Source: an uncultured Planctomycetales bacterium (GTDB lineage: Bacteria; Omnitrophota; Gorgyraeia; Zapsychrales; GWA2-47-8). Taken from it: a DNA stretch of 56,379 nucleotides. The notes below the pieces were generated by a model. The model was given only the letters and a program-made list of their open reading frames with translations, was not told where the DNA came from and did not search any database. Of this stretch, positions 26,442-34,777 are shown piece after piece. The stretch is taken from NCBI GenBank assembly GCA_964359575.1, contig CAYHTV010000002.1:1-56379 (forward strand). Reading direction: 5' to 3'. The position numbers and the translations under genes were made by a program. Every line of letters begins with the position of its first letter. The stretch's first letter is position 1.

Positions 26442-27331
26442 AAAATAAATCACTCAAATTACCGCTTTTAATAGCGGGCTATATCGTCTTTTTAGCCGTA
26501 TCAAATATTTTTTACATCGTCGATGAGCGCGAACAAGCGATTGTCACGATGTTCGGCCAGCCCATGCGCACTGTGCGTGAACCCGGTCTTTACATGAAAG
26601 TTCCTTTTATTCACAGCTTGCAGCGTTTTGACAAGCGGGTGCTTTCATCGGATGCGCAGGCGGTTGAATATTTGACTTCGGATAAGAAGCGAGTTGTAGT
26701 GGATCACGTTTCACGGTGGCGTATCACGGACCCGTTGGAGTTCTACCGCACTGTTCGGACGGAAGTAGGGGCCTTGATCAGATTAAATGATGTTGTATCC
26801 GGACGTCTTAGGGAAGAGATCGCGAAGCATTCTTTTATTGATTTTGTCAGGGAGAAGCGTGAGGCCATTGTTCAAGCCGTAAGCCAGGATGCCCGCGCAT
26901 CGGTGAAGGAACAGTTTGGCATTGAACTAATCGACGTTCGTATTAAGCGGCTTGATTTGCCAAGAGAGGTTCAGGCCAGTGTTTTTGCCAGGATGCAGGC
27001 GGAGCGGCAACGCATCGCCAAAAAGTACCGGGCTGAAGGCGAAGAGCAGGCTCGCGAGATTCGAGCCAATGTCAATAAAGAAGCGCAAGTAGTTTTAGCC
27101 AAGAGTTACGAACAGGCCCAGAAGTTGATGGGGGAAGGGGACGCCCAAGCCACGGCGATTTACGCTTCGGCCTACGAGAAAAATCCGGAATTTTATTCTT
27201 TCATGCGCCGTCTTGAGACTTACGAGCGCTCACTGGGCGCAGGCACCACAATTGTTTTGGACGCGGGTTCTGACTTATTAAAGTATTTGGAAAAGTCCCA
27301 TTTACCGGCAGGTGAGCTGGATAAAAGGTAA
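26438..27331 (+). CDS. hflC: SPFH/band-7 protease modulator HflC
   Basis: 297-aa ORF with an N-terminal TM segment, FYIVDEREQAIVTMFGQP and a coiled-coil region RMQAERQRIAKKYRAEGEE. Confidence 0.85.
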   Translation: MKNKSLKLPLLIAGYIVFLAVSNIFYIVDEREQAIVTMFGQPMRTVREPGLYMKVPFIHSLQRFDKRVLSSDAQAVEYLTSDKKRVVVDHVSRWRITDPLEFYRTVRTEVGALIRLNDVVSGRLREEIAKHSFIDFVREKREAIVQAVSQDARASVKEQFGIELIDVRIKRLDLPREVQASVFARMQAERQRIAKKYRAEGEEQAREIRANVNKEAQVVLAKSYEQAQKLMGEGDAQATAIYASAYEKNPEFYSFMRRLETYERSLGAGTTIVLDAGSDLLKYLEKSHLPAGELDKR

Positions 27332-27342
27332 GCGCGACGCCC

Positions 27343-27426
27343 ATGATACGCATTCTACTCATTGTTTTACTTATTCTTCTTGTAATTTTGGTCTTGCGAA
27401 TTTTGGGCATGATCAAACGACGATAA
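27343..27426 (+). CDS. possible 27-aa hydrophobic mini-protein downstream of hflC (not in ORF track)
   Basis: An ATG 12 nt after the hflC stop encodes MIRILLIVLLILLVILVLRILGMIKRR, a single TM helix with a basic C-terminus. There is no clear SD. Confidence 0.2.
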   Translation: MIRILLIVLLILLVILVLRILGMIKRR

Positions 27427-27504
27427 AGAGGAAGGTCAATGGTTTTTGGGTTATTGGGGGTCACTTAAGTTTGGATTTTTCCCCAGCAATGAATTGAGAG
27501 AAAA

Positions 27505-28050
27505 ATGAATCGACTAATAAACGTGAACTCTGTAGAAGATATTCCAGAAGCACTTAGGGGTACACCTATAGGGCTGCTTTTGGAGTACCATAATCTTAAC
27601 CGCGTGTTTTCTTCGTATCCCAATGCACAGCTTCTTATTGGAATGTGTATGGATAACCGCAAGCATTTAAACATTCCAGATAACTTCGCGTATATCATCC
27701 GCGCTGGTGGAGCTAATCTTCGTTACAGCGAATTTAAGGTATCCTATGCTATAGCGGTTGGGGGCATTTCTTTTATTGCTTTAATCGGGCATAATCAATG
27801 CGGAATGGTAAATTTGATGGCGAGAAAGGATTTATTTATCGAGGGACTCATTGCAAGAGGCGGTTGGGATCGAAAGCAAGCCGAAGAGCACTTTATGAGC
27901 CTTGCTCCCATGTTTGAGATCGGCAATGAAATTGATTTTGTATTAGCTGAAGCTAATCGTCTGCAGCTTAAGTATCCTAAGGTGCTGGTTGTCCCTATGC
28001 TTTATAAAGTGGAAGATAATAGACTTTATTTACTTAAAAGAAAGGATTGA
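27505..28050 (+). CDS. beta-class carbonic anhydrase-like protein
   Basis: 181-aa ORF with the beta-CA zinc-ligand motifs CxDxR (CMDNR) and HxxC (GHNQCG) at the expected spacing. Confidence 0.65.
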   Translation: MNRLINVNSVEDIPEALRGTPIGLLLEYHNLNRVFSSYPNAQLLIGMCMDNRKHLNIPDNFAYIIRAGGANLRYSEFKVSYAIAVGGISFIALIGHNQCGMVNLMARKDLFIEGLIARGGWDRKQAEEHFMSLAPMFEIGNEIDFVLAEANRLQLKYPKVLVVPMLYKVEDNRLYLLKRKD

Positions 28051-28062
28051 AGGCCTTTAAAA

Positions 28063-30813
28063 ATGGAAGACAAATTTTCAAAAGATAAACATTTCTCGGC
28101 CTTGAAAAAGGACGTTCGATTTCTCACAACCCTTCTGGGCGATGTCATGCGCGAACAGGAAGGCGAACGGTTTTTTGTAAAAATTGAACACATTAGGCGG
28201 CTTGCCCGGGAGATCCGTGAGGAACCCAAAGCGGAACTTATAGCTCAACAAAAAAGAATTGTTCATTCTCTTAGCGTTGAGGAAGCTTACAAAGTCGCCA
28301 GGGCCTTTAGTATTTATTTTCAGTTGGTCAATATTGCTGAAGAAAGGCAACGTGTCCGTAGAATACGTGCTTATGAAAAAGATACATCCATTTTCCTAGA
28401 TATGTCTTTAAGAAAGCTGTTTCGTGATTTACATAAGCAAGGTATTAGTGGCAATGAAGTTTTAAAATTTATGTCTGAAATGGAGATTGAACTTGTTTTA
28501 ACAGCTCACCCCACGGAGGCCAAGCGCCGATCCGTTCTTGATCATCTGCTTTATATTGCAGTGGACTTAGCACAGCTTGAGAAAGCGGATATAACCGTTT
28601 TAGAACATGAATTATTTTTAAGACGCATCAAAGGGACTCTAGAAATACTTTGGCAGACTTCAGAAATACGTCAGAGGAAAGTCAACGTAATAGACGAAGT
28701 GGATCAAGCGCTTTTCTATTTCCAGCGTACTATTTTAGATCTTGTTCCTGATTTTCATGAAAAGATTTTGAGTGAGTATCGGCATTTTTATGGCAAGGAA
28801 GGCGCGGAGTTTTTGCCCTTTATGCGTTTTGGTTCTTGGGTTGGTTCAGACAGAGACGGGAATCCCAACGTTACGTGTGAAGTCACCAGAGAAACTGTGC
28901 TTTATCAGCGACGAATTATTCTGCGGATGTATTTGTCAGCGGTTGAAGATTTTATACGTATTTTTAGCCAATCTGTTTCGCTGGCAAAGGTAAGTAAAAA
29001 ATTGTTAAATTCTGTGAAGCGTGACGCTGAACTTATGCCTCGCCTTGCCAAAGAACTTGAGCGATTTGAGTCCACGGAAGTTTATCGAAGAAAGACCACA
29101 TTTATTCATAAAAAGATTGAAAATACCATTTATGGAAAAAAAGCAGGTTATGCTTCAGAAGAAGAGTTCTTAAAAGATATTCTCCTAATGAGAGAAAGCC
29201 TTAATGAAAATAAAGGTGGTTTAGCCAGTCGAAATTATTTAGACCGTTTGATTTGTCAAATCCGTACGTTTGGATTTTGTCTGGCAAAGCTTGATTTTCG
29301 CGATCATAGTAGAAAATTGCGACAAGTTATGACTGAGCTTTTTCCAGAGAGTCATATAGAAGAAGAATTCATTTTGAAAAAAATATTAGAACCCCATCAG
29401 ACAAGACGAAGTAAAGAATTTTCCTTTGAGTCAAAAGACATTTTAAAACAATTAGAAACCATCCGGGAAATTCAAGAGGATACGGATAGGCAGATTGCGG
29501 GGGATTACATTATCAGCATGACAGAAAGTCCAAGCGATGTGCTTTCACTTTTTTATTTGGCTAAAGGAGCTGGTCTTATTCGGATAAAAAATGGGAAGGT
29601 AACACGAGCTGATATTGGGATTGTACCATTGTTTGAAGAGATCAATGCGCTTGAGAAATGCCATGAAGTGATGGAGAGGCTTTTTTCAATACCCATTTAT
29701 CGATCGTATATTCAAGTTCGAGGTAATTTGCAGCAAGTCATGCTTGGCTACTCAGACAGCAGTAAAGATGGCGGCTATTTAGCGGCCAACTGGAAACTTT
29801 ATATAGCTCAGAAAAGGCTTGTTGAGGTGGCCGAGAGATATATGGTGAAACTTCAAATTTTTCACGGTAAGGGAGGAAGCATTGACCGCGGAGGAGGCGA
29901 ATCCCACAAAGCCATTTTGGCACAACCATTCTCAGCGGCTGGTGGCCAAATAAAAATTACTGAACAAGGCGAAGTCGTGGCTCATAAATATTCCAATGCC
30001 GTGATAGCCGAAAGAAATTTCGAGCAGTTAGTGTCGGCTGTTGTGTGGACAAATCTTGTCAGCAAAGGGGAGGTTCAGAAAAACAAAAAAATTTCCCTAT
30101 GGGAAGATCGCATGAAGATTTTGTCTGATCATTCTTTGGGCTTTTACCGGGAGCTCATTTATAAGACAGAAGGTTTTCTTGAATTCTCTAATCAGGCCAC
30201 TCCGATCCAAGTTTTAGAGTTTGCTAGGATTGGGTCACGGCCGGTTCATCGCGGAGGGGAAAAAGCATTTGAAGGATTGAGGGCTATTCCTTGGGTCTTT
30301 AGCTGGATTCAGTCAAGGTACATTATTTCAGCGTGGTATGGCATCGGTTATGCCATCGAGAAATATCTTGAGGAGAAAGGAAGCCACGGTCTCGAAGAGC
30401 TTCGCGAGATGTATAAAGAATGGCCGTTCTTTCGATCAGTAATTGACAATGCCCAGATTTCACTGGCAAAAACAGACCTCTATATCGCAGAACAATATGG
30501 GGCGTTGGTGAAAAATAGGAAGCTCAAAGAAAAGATTCACAGTCAGATCTGTATGGAATATAAACGAACTTTAGAAAGCGTGTTGGATGTTTCATCTCAA
30601 AAGGAACTTCTTAATTCTCGTTCGATTCTTAAGGAGTCGATCCGCGTGAGAAATCCTTACGTGGATCCGTTAAATTATATCCAGCTTCGGTTTCTTAGTG
30701 AAATAAGAGAAGACGATTTTGTTTTAAAAGACGATTCTTATAAAAGGATTGTTTACGAAACTCTTCTTTTAACGGTGAATGGCATTGCTTTCGGGATGAA
30801 GAGCACGGGGTAA
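28063..30813 (+). CDS. ppc: phosphoenolpyruvate carboxylase
   Basis: 916-aa ORF with the motifs VLTAHPTE, GSWVGSDRDGNP, GYSDSSKDGG, FHGKGGSIDRGGG and a C-terminal NGIAFGMKSTG. Confidence 0.93.
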   Translation: MEDKFSKDKHFSALKKDVRFLTTLLGDVMREQEGERFFVKIEHIRRLAREIREEPKAELIAQQKRIVHSLSVEEAYKVARAFSIYFQLVNIAEERQRVRRIRAYEKDTSIFLDMSLRKLFRDLHKQGISGNEVLKFMSEMEIELVLTAHPTEAKRRSVLDHLLYIAVDLAQLEKADITVLEHELFLRRIKGTLEILWQTSEIRQRKVNVIDEVDQALFYFQRTILDLVPDFHEKILSEYRHFYGKEGAEFLPFMRFGSWVGSDRDGNPNVTCEVTRETVLYQRRIILRMYLSAVEDFIRIFSQSVSLAKVSKKLLNSVKRDAELMPRLAKELERFESTEVYRRKTTFIHKKIENTIYGKKAGYASEEEFLKDILLMRESLNENKGGLASRNYLDRLICQIRTFGFCLAKLDFRDHSRKLRQVMTELFPESHIEEEFILKKILEPHQTRRSKEFSFESKDILKQLETIREIQEDTDRQIAGDYIISMTESPSDVLSLFYLAKGAGLIRIKNGKVTRADIGIVPLFEEINALEKCHEVMERLFSIPIYRSYIQVRGNLQQVMLGYSDSSKDGGYLAANWKLYIAQKRLVEVAERYMVKLQIFHGKGGSIDRGGGESHKAILAQPFSAAGGQIKITEQGEVVAHKYSNAVIAERNFEQLVSAVVWTNLVSKGEVQKNKKISLWEDRMKILSDHSLGFYRELIYKTEGFLEFSNQATPIQVLEFARIGSRPVHRGGEKAFEGLRAIPWVFSWIQSRYIISAWYGIGYAIEKYLEEKGSHGLEELREMYKEWPFFRSVIDNAQISLAKTDLYIAEQYGALVKNRKLKEKIHSQICMEYKRTLESVLDVSSQKELLNSRSILKESIRVRNPYVDPLNYIQLRFLSEIREDDFVLKDDSYKRIVYETLLLTVNGIAFGMKSTG

Positions 30814-30847
30814 TAGTCTTATAGTAAATTTTTAGGGAGGTGTTTTG

Positions 30848-31094
30848 ATGGGTGCAGAGACGACAAAATGCGAAACGGTATGGGAGACAAATTTATCTTT
30901 ACCATTGTTTAACCGAGGCAAGGTTCGTGATATTTAAGTTAAGTTTTGATAAACAAATTGTGAGGGATTTTCTTGAGAGGTCAGGGTGGGACAAAACGCC
31001 CCCCGGCCCTGTTTTACCGCAGGAAGTAGTGGAGAAGACGGCGGCCGCATATACGGGTGCTTATGAACGTTTAACAGGGCAGAAGTTATTATAA
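30848..31094 (+). pseudogene. purC: purC (SAICAR synthetase) remnant with internal deletion and frame change
   Basis: After the RBS AGGGAGG, 30848-30937 encodes [29 protein letters not shown] (N-terminal GKVRDIY motif). Another frame then continues with the C-terminal region [44 protein letters not shown]. The catalytic middle of about 200 aa is missing. Confidence 0.75.
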
Positions 31095-31149
31095 AATTGA
31101 GGGGATGAATATTTTATGAATTATAAAGACAAACCCTAGGGAATTTTAC

Positions 31150-31617
31150 ATGTCGAAAATGCGTCATGCTTTTAATACGTTCGACCCAATCATAGCTGGA
31201 TGGATGAACCGTCACGGGCATTTGTTTTTGCGTATCTCCATGGGAATAATTTTTATCTGGTTCGGCTTGCTTAAGTCCTTTGGGTATAGCCCGGTGAATG
31301 AACTGGTGGCACGGACGGTTTATTGGTTTGATCCGGATATTTTTATTCCTATCTTGGGGTGGTGGGAAGTTCTCATCGGGGTTTGCTTTTTATTTCATCG
31401 TTTAATTCGTGTGGCCTTGTTTCTTTTGTTCCTGCAGATCGGAGGGACATTTTTGCCGTTAATTATTTTACCTGAGGTATGTTTTCAAAGATTTCCTTTT
31501 GTTTTAACGATGGAAGGCCAATATATTATTAAAAATCTATTGATTATAAGTGCGGCGATTGTGGTTGGCGGAACCGTACATTTTCCTTTGGAAACAAAAC
31601 GCGAAATGAAACACTGA
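31150..31617 (+). CDS. DUF417/DoxX-like inner-membrane protein
   Basis: 155-aa ORF with four hydrophobic segments. The pattern HLFLRISMGIIFIWFGLLKSF resembles DUF417/DoxX families. Confidence 0.5.
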   Translation: MSKMRHAFNTFDPIIAGWMNRHGHLFLRISMGIIFIWFGLLKSFGYSPVNELVARTVYWFDPDIFIPILGWWEVLIGVCFLFHRLIRVALFLLFLQIGGTFLPLIILPEVCFQRFPFVLTMEGQYIIKNLLIISAAIVVGGTVHFPLETKREMKH

Positions 31618-31731
31618 CTTTTAAAATTTCTCCATCTTTGCAGAAAGCTATAGGGATTACCTGCGTTTCCTGCCAATGTAACAATCTGGTCCTTTCTCAA
31701 GTAAATAAAAGATGAATACAAAAAATTAAAC

Positions 31732-31776
31732 TTGACATTTAAGCATGGCTTAGTTATTATTTAGGCATGCCTAAAT
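31732..31776 (+). promoter_or_regulatory. sigma70-like promoter (TTGACA-17-TATTAT) overlapped by an 18-nt perfect palindrome ATTTAGGCATGCCTAAAT (DtxR/MntR-box-like)
   Basis: -35 at 31732-31737 and -10 at 31755-31760. The palindrome at 31759-31776 is centred on the ATG (31767) of the multicopper oxidase ORF. Confidence 0.55.
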
Positions 31777-32843
31777 TTATTTTTCCCTTTACACATCCCA
31801 AATTTACCTCAACACTTTCATTTTCCCTCGGAATGGCGTTTCTCGTTTTTGCAATTTTTTTATTCATTTCTATCCCTGTTCCCGCGATGATACATGATAA
31901 CATGGAGACAGGTCTGGATGGCCTTATCCTCAAACCTTATCAACTTGGAACAGTGGGTGATGTTGATAAATCCTTACTCGATCCAGACAAATACTTAACA
32001 GATAATTTACCCTCCAAGGTCTCAACTCTTCCAGATGGCCGCATTCTTCGGATGTTTGAAATTAATGCCGTTAATAAAACGATTGAAATTGCCCCTGGCG
32101 TCTTCTTTCCAGCCTGGACTTATAATGGGCATGTCCCTGGCCCAACTCTTAGAGCTAAAGAAGGGGAGCGGATCCGTATATTGTTTAAAAACCTCGGAGA
32201 TCGACCCCACACCATGCATTTTCATGGGTTTCATACAGCAGCGATGGATGGATCTCATCTTCACCAGTTGGTCCCGCCGCAAGGAACTTTTGTTTATGAA
32301 TTTGATGCTGAACCTGTAGGTATTCATTTATATCACTGTCACGCAACCCCTCTTATTCAACATATCCATAATGGTCTTTATGGCCTTTGGATTGTTGATC
32401 CGAAAGAAGGGCGGGCCCCTGCCAAAGAATTGTACATGGTGATGAATGGTTTTGATCCGAATTTTGATGAAGAGAATGAAATTTATGCTGTCAATACCGT
32501 AGCTTTCCATTATTCTAGGCATCCTATCGTTGTCAAACAAAATGAACTTGTGAGAATCTATTTAGCTAATCTTCTTGAATTTGATCAAATCAATTCTTTT
32601 CATATTCATGCCACATTTTTTGATTATTACCCGACAGGCACACAGAAAACCCCCAGAGACTATACAGATACAATCATTCAAGGACAAGCGGAGAGGGGCA
32701 TTGTTGAAGTGAGATTTCCCTATACGGGAGACTACATGTTTCATGCCCATAAGACTGAATTCGCCGAACGTGGCTGGATGGGGAATTTTAGGGTCGTTCC
32801 TGCGAAAGAATCAACCCAACAATTTAAAAATCATGAACACTAA
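31767..32843 (+). CDS. two-domain multicopper oxidase (NirK/2dMCO-like)
   Basis: 358-aa ORF with an N-terminal TM/signal anchor and copper-ligand motifs HTMHFHGFH, LYHCHATPLIQHIHNGLYG and FHAH. The start is uncertain (possible leaderless ATG at 31767). Confidence 0.7.
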   Translation: MPKFIFPFTHPKFTSTLSFSLGMAFLVFAIFLFISIPVPAMIHDNMETGLDGLILKPYQLGTVGDVDKSLLDPDKYLTDNLPSKVSTLPDGRILRMFEINAVNKTIEIAPGVFFPAWTYNGHVPGPTLRAKEGERIRILFKNLGDRPHTMHFHGFHTAAMDGSHLHQLVPPQGTFVYEFDAEPVGIHLYHCHATPLIQHIHNGLYGLWIVDPKEGRAPAKELYMVMNGFDPNFDEENEIYAVNTVAFHYSRHPIVVKQNELVRIYLANLLEFDQINSFHIHATFFDYYPTGTQKTPRDYTDTIIQGQAERGIVEVRFPYTGDYMFHAHKTEFAERGWMGNFRVVPAKESTQQFKNHEH

Positions 32844-34011
32844 CATAGAGAAAAAAAACAATTTATTGACGGTAATTTTGGCTATTATCCCATTATTTTT
32901 GTTAGGGATAGTCGTTTATGCTCTTTTTTCCGGGGGGCCGACAAAGATGTTTCAAAGTAATATCCCTCCGATTGAAAATCTTCATGTCATGCGCCATAGC
33001 TTGGCCGAGGATACGATTTATCTTGATGTAATTAATGTAGGACCAGATCCCTTAACGATTGCCCAGGTCATGGTTCGTGGCGCCTTTTGGTATCATGAGA
33101 TATCACCGAAACGCGAATTGTTCCCTCGAGAAACAGCCCGGGTAACCATTCCTTATCCCTGGAATATCGGCGAACCTATCGCCATTCTCTTTTTGACGTC
33201 CACGGGTCTTACCTTTGATTATGAAATTGAAGTGGCTTCTCTAACGCCGAAACCAACTTTAAAGGCATTGGCTAATTTTGCCATGTTAGGTGTCTATGTC
33301 GGTGTGATTCCTGTAGCCTTGGGGATTTGTTGGTTTCCTTTTTTACGCCGTTTAAGTAAAAGAGCCCTGGATTTCCTTTTGTCAATCACTGTTGGACTTT
33401 TAGGATTTCTGGTCGTTGATGCGGTAGTGGAAGGGTTGGAGATTAGTGCCAAGCTCCCGGGAATTTTTCATGGCCAAGCCTTACTTATTCTAGGATTGAT
33501 AGGTGCGTTTCTTATTTTGTTTGGTATTGATATCGAGGCGAGACAAAAACAAAATCGAATGGGACAAAGCTTTTTTATGGCCTGGTTGATTGCACTTGGT
33601 ATTGGTCTTCACAATCTTGGTGAAGGATTAGCCATTGGTTCAGCTTATGTGCTTGGAGAGCTAACGCTCGGAGCTTTACTCGTCATTGGTTTTACTCTTC
33701 ACAACGCAACAGAAGGCATTGCTATAGTGGCACCCATTTTGCAAGAGCGGGTAAAGCTACGTCTTCTTTTGTGGTTGGGTATTTTGGCAGGAGCACCAAC
33801 CATCATAGGATGTTGGTTGGGAGCCTTTACTTATTCTCTAACCTGGTCAGTCCTCTTTTTGGGGATTGGAGCGGGTGCGATCTTACAAGTCATTGCCATT
33901 ATTATGAGAAGCAAATTATCATCGGAGTCACCCAGGTTTCTTGATATTTTGGGTGTGATACTGGGTTACTTATTAATGTATTGGACGGGAATTTTGGTGG
34001 GTGGCTCTTAA
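32833..34011 (+). CDS. ZIP-family divalent metal transporter with an N-terminal extra domain of about 150 aa
   Basis: The start is chosen at MNTNIEKKNN (11-nt overlap with the MCO stop). The ZIP signature helices are GIGLHNLGEGLAIGSAY and FTLHNATEGIAIVAP. Confidence 0.75.
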   Translation: MNTNIEKKNNLLTVILAIIPLFLLGIVVYALFSGGPTKMFQSNIPPIENLHVMRHSLAEDTIYLDVINVGPDPLTIAQVMVRGAFWYHEISPKRELFPRETARVTIPYPWNIGEPIAILFLTSTGLTFDYEIEVASLTPKPTLKALANFAMLGVYVGVIPVALGICWFPFLRRLSKRALDFLLSITVGLLGFLVVDAVVEGLEISAKLPGIFHGQALLILGLIGAFLILFGIDIEARQKQNRMGQSFFMAWLIALGIGLHNLGEGLAIGSAYVLGELTLGALLVIGFTLHNATEGIAIVAPILQERVKLRLLLWLGILAGAPTIIGCWLGAFTYSLTWSVLFLGIGAGAILQVIAIIMRSKLSSESPRFLDILGVILGYLLMYWTGILVGGS

Positions 34012-34021
34012 TGAGGGGATA

Positions 34022-34068
34022 TTGATTAGGTGATTATTTTATTGTATAATTTAGGTGAACCTAAATTA
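34022..34068 (+). promoter_or_regulatory. sigma70-like promoter (TTGATT-17-TATAAT) overlapped by the palindrome TAATTTAGG-TGAA-CCTAAATTA (DtxR/MntR-box-like)
   Basis: -35 at 34022-34027, -10 at 34045-34050 and inverted repeat at 34047-34068. These are followed by AGGAGG and the regulator ATG at 34088. Confidence 0.55.
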
Positions 34069-34087
34069 TTTCTTAGGAGGACTAACA

Positions 34088-34744
34088 ATGATAACCAGTG
34101 AATCCATCCAAGATTACTTAAAACAGACCTATAAACTGCAAGAGGAACATGAGTATGTAACCATTTCTCAGTTAGCCGAAAAATTACAGGTTTCTGCTCC
34201 CTCGGTGACTCAAATGGTTAAAAAACTTGCGAAAGAAAAATTAGTTGATTATACACCCTATCAAGGGGTTATGTTGACTGAGAAAGGGAAAAAAATTGCC
34301 CTTGAAGTTATTCGTCATCACCGATTGCTGGAACTTTTTCTTTCTGAAATTTTAGGATATCCGCTTGAAAAAGTTGATGAAGAAGCCGAAAAGTTAGAGC
34401 ATTTTATCAGTGAAGAATTTGAGCAAAAGATCAATGAGCGATTGGGCAATCCCAAAGTTGATCCCCATGGCGATCCTATTCCAACCATTGATGGGAAGGT
34501 TTCTCGTCATAATTATCTATCATTGGCAGAAGTTTCAGCAGGGGATAAATTAGTCATCAAACGCGTTAGCGACTTTAATCCGGATATGCTTCGGTATATG
34601 AATGAATTGGGACTTCTTCCTAATGTCCATTTGGAGGTTATGGGAAAAGAACCATTTAATGGACCCTTGAAAGTTAAAATGGATGATCGCGAGGTGGTTG
34701 TTGGAAATGATTTAGCGAAAGCGATCTTCGTAGAAGTTATTTAA
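34088..34744 (+). CDS. DtxR/MntR-family metal-dependent transcriptional regulator with C-terminal FeoA/SH3-like domain
   Basis: An N-terminal wHTH (SESIQDYLKQTYKL...ISQLAEKLQVSAPSVTQMVKKL), a dimerisation/metal-binding helix region (RHHRLLELFL) and a C-terminal FeoA-like domain (LAEVSAGDKLVIKRV). The start follows a strong AGGAGG. Confidence 0.85.
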   Translation: MITSESIQDYLKQTYKLQEEHEYVTISQLAEKLQVSAPSVTQMVKKLAKEKLVDYTPYQGVMLTEKGKKIALEVIRHHRLLELFLSEILGYPLEKVDEEAEKLEHFISEEFEQKINERLGNPKVDPHGDPIPTIDGKVSRHNYLSLAEVSAGDKLVIKRVSDFNPDMLRYMNELGLLPNVHLEVMGKEPFNGPLKVKMDDREVVVGNDLAKAIFVEVI

Positions 34745-34763
34745 GCCCCGCCAAAGGCGGGGC
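34745..34763 (+). other. GC-rich hairpin GCCCCGCC-AAA-GGCGGGGC immediately after the regulator stop
   Basis: Perfect 8-bp stem with no U-tract, followed by the RBS AGGGAG of the next gene. It could be an attenuator or RNA-stability element rather than a full terminator. Confidence 0.35.
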
Positions 34764-34777
34764 AGGGAGTTAGTCAA

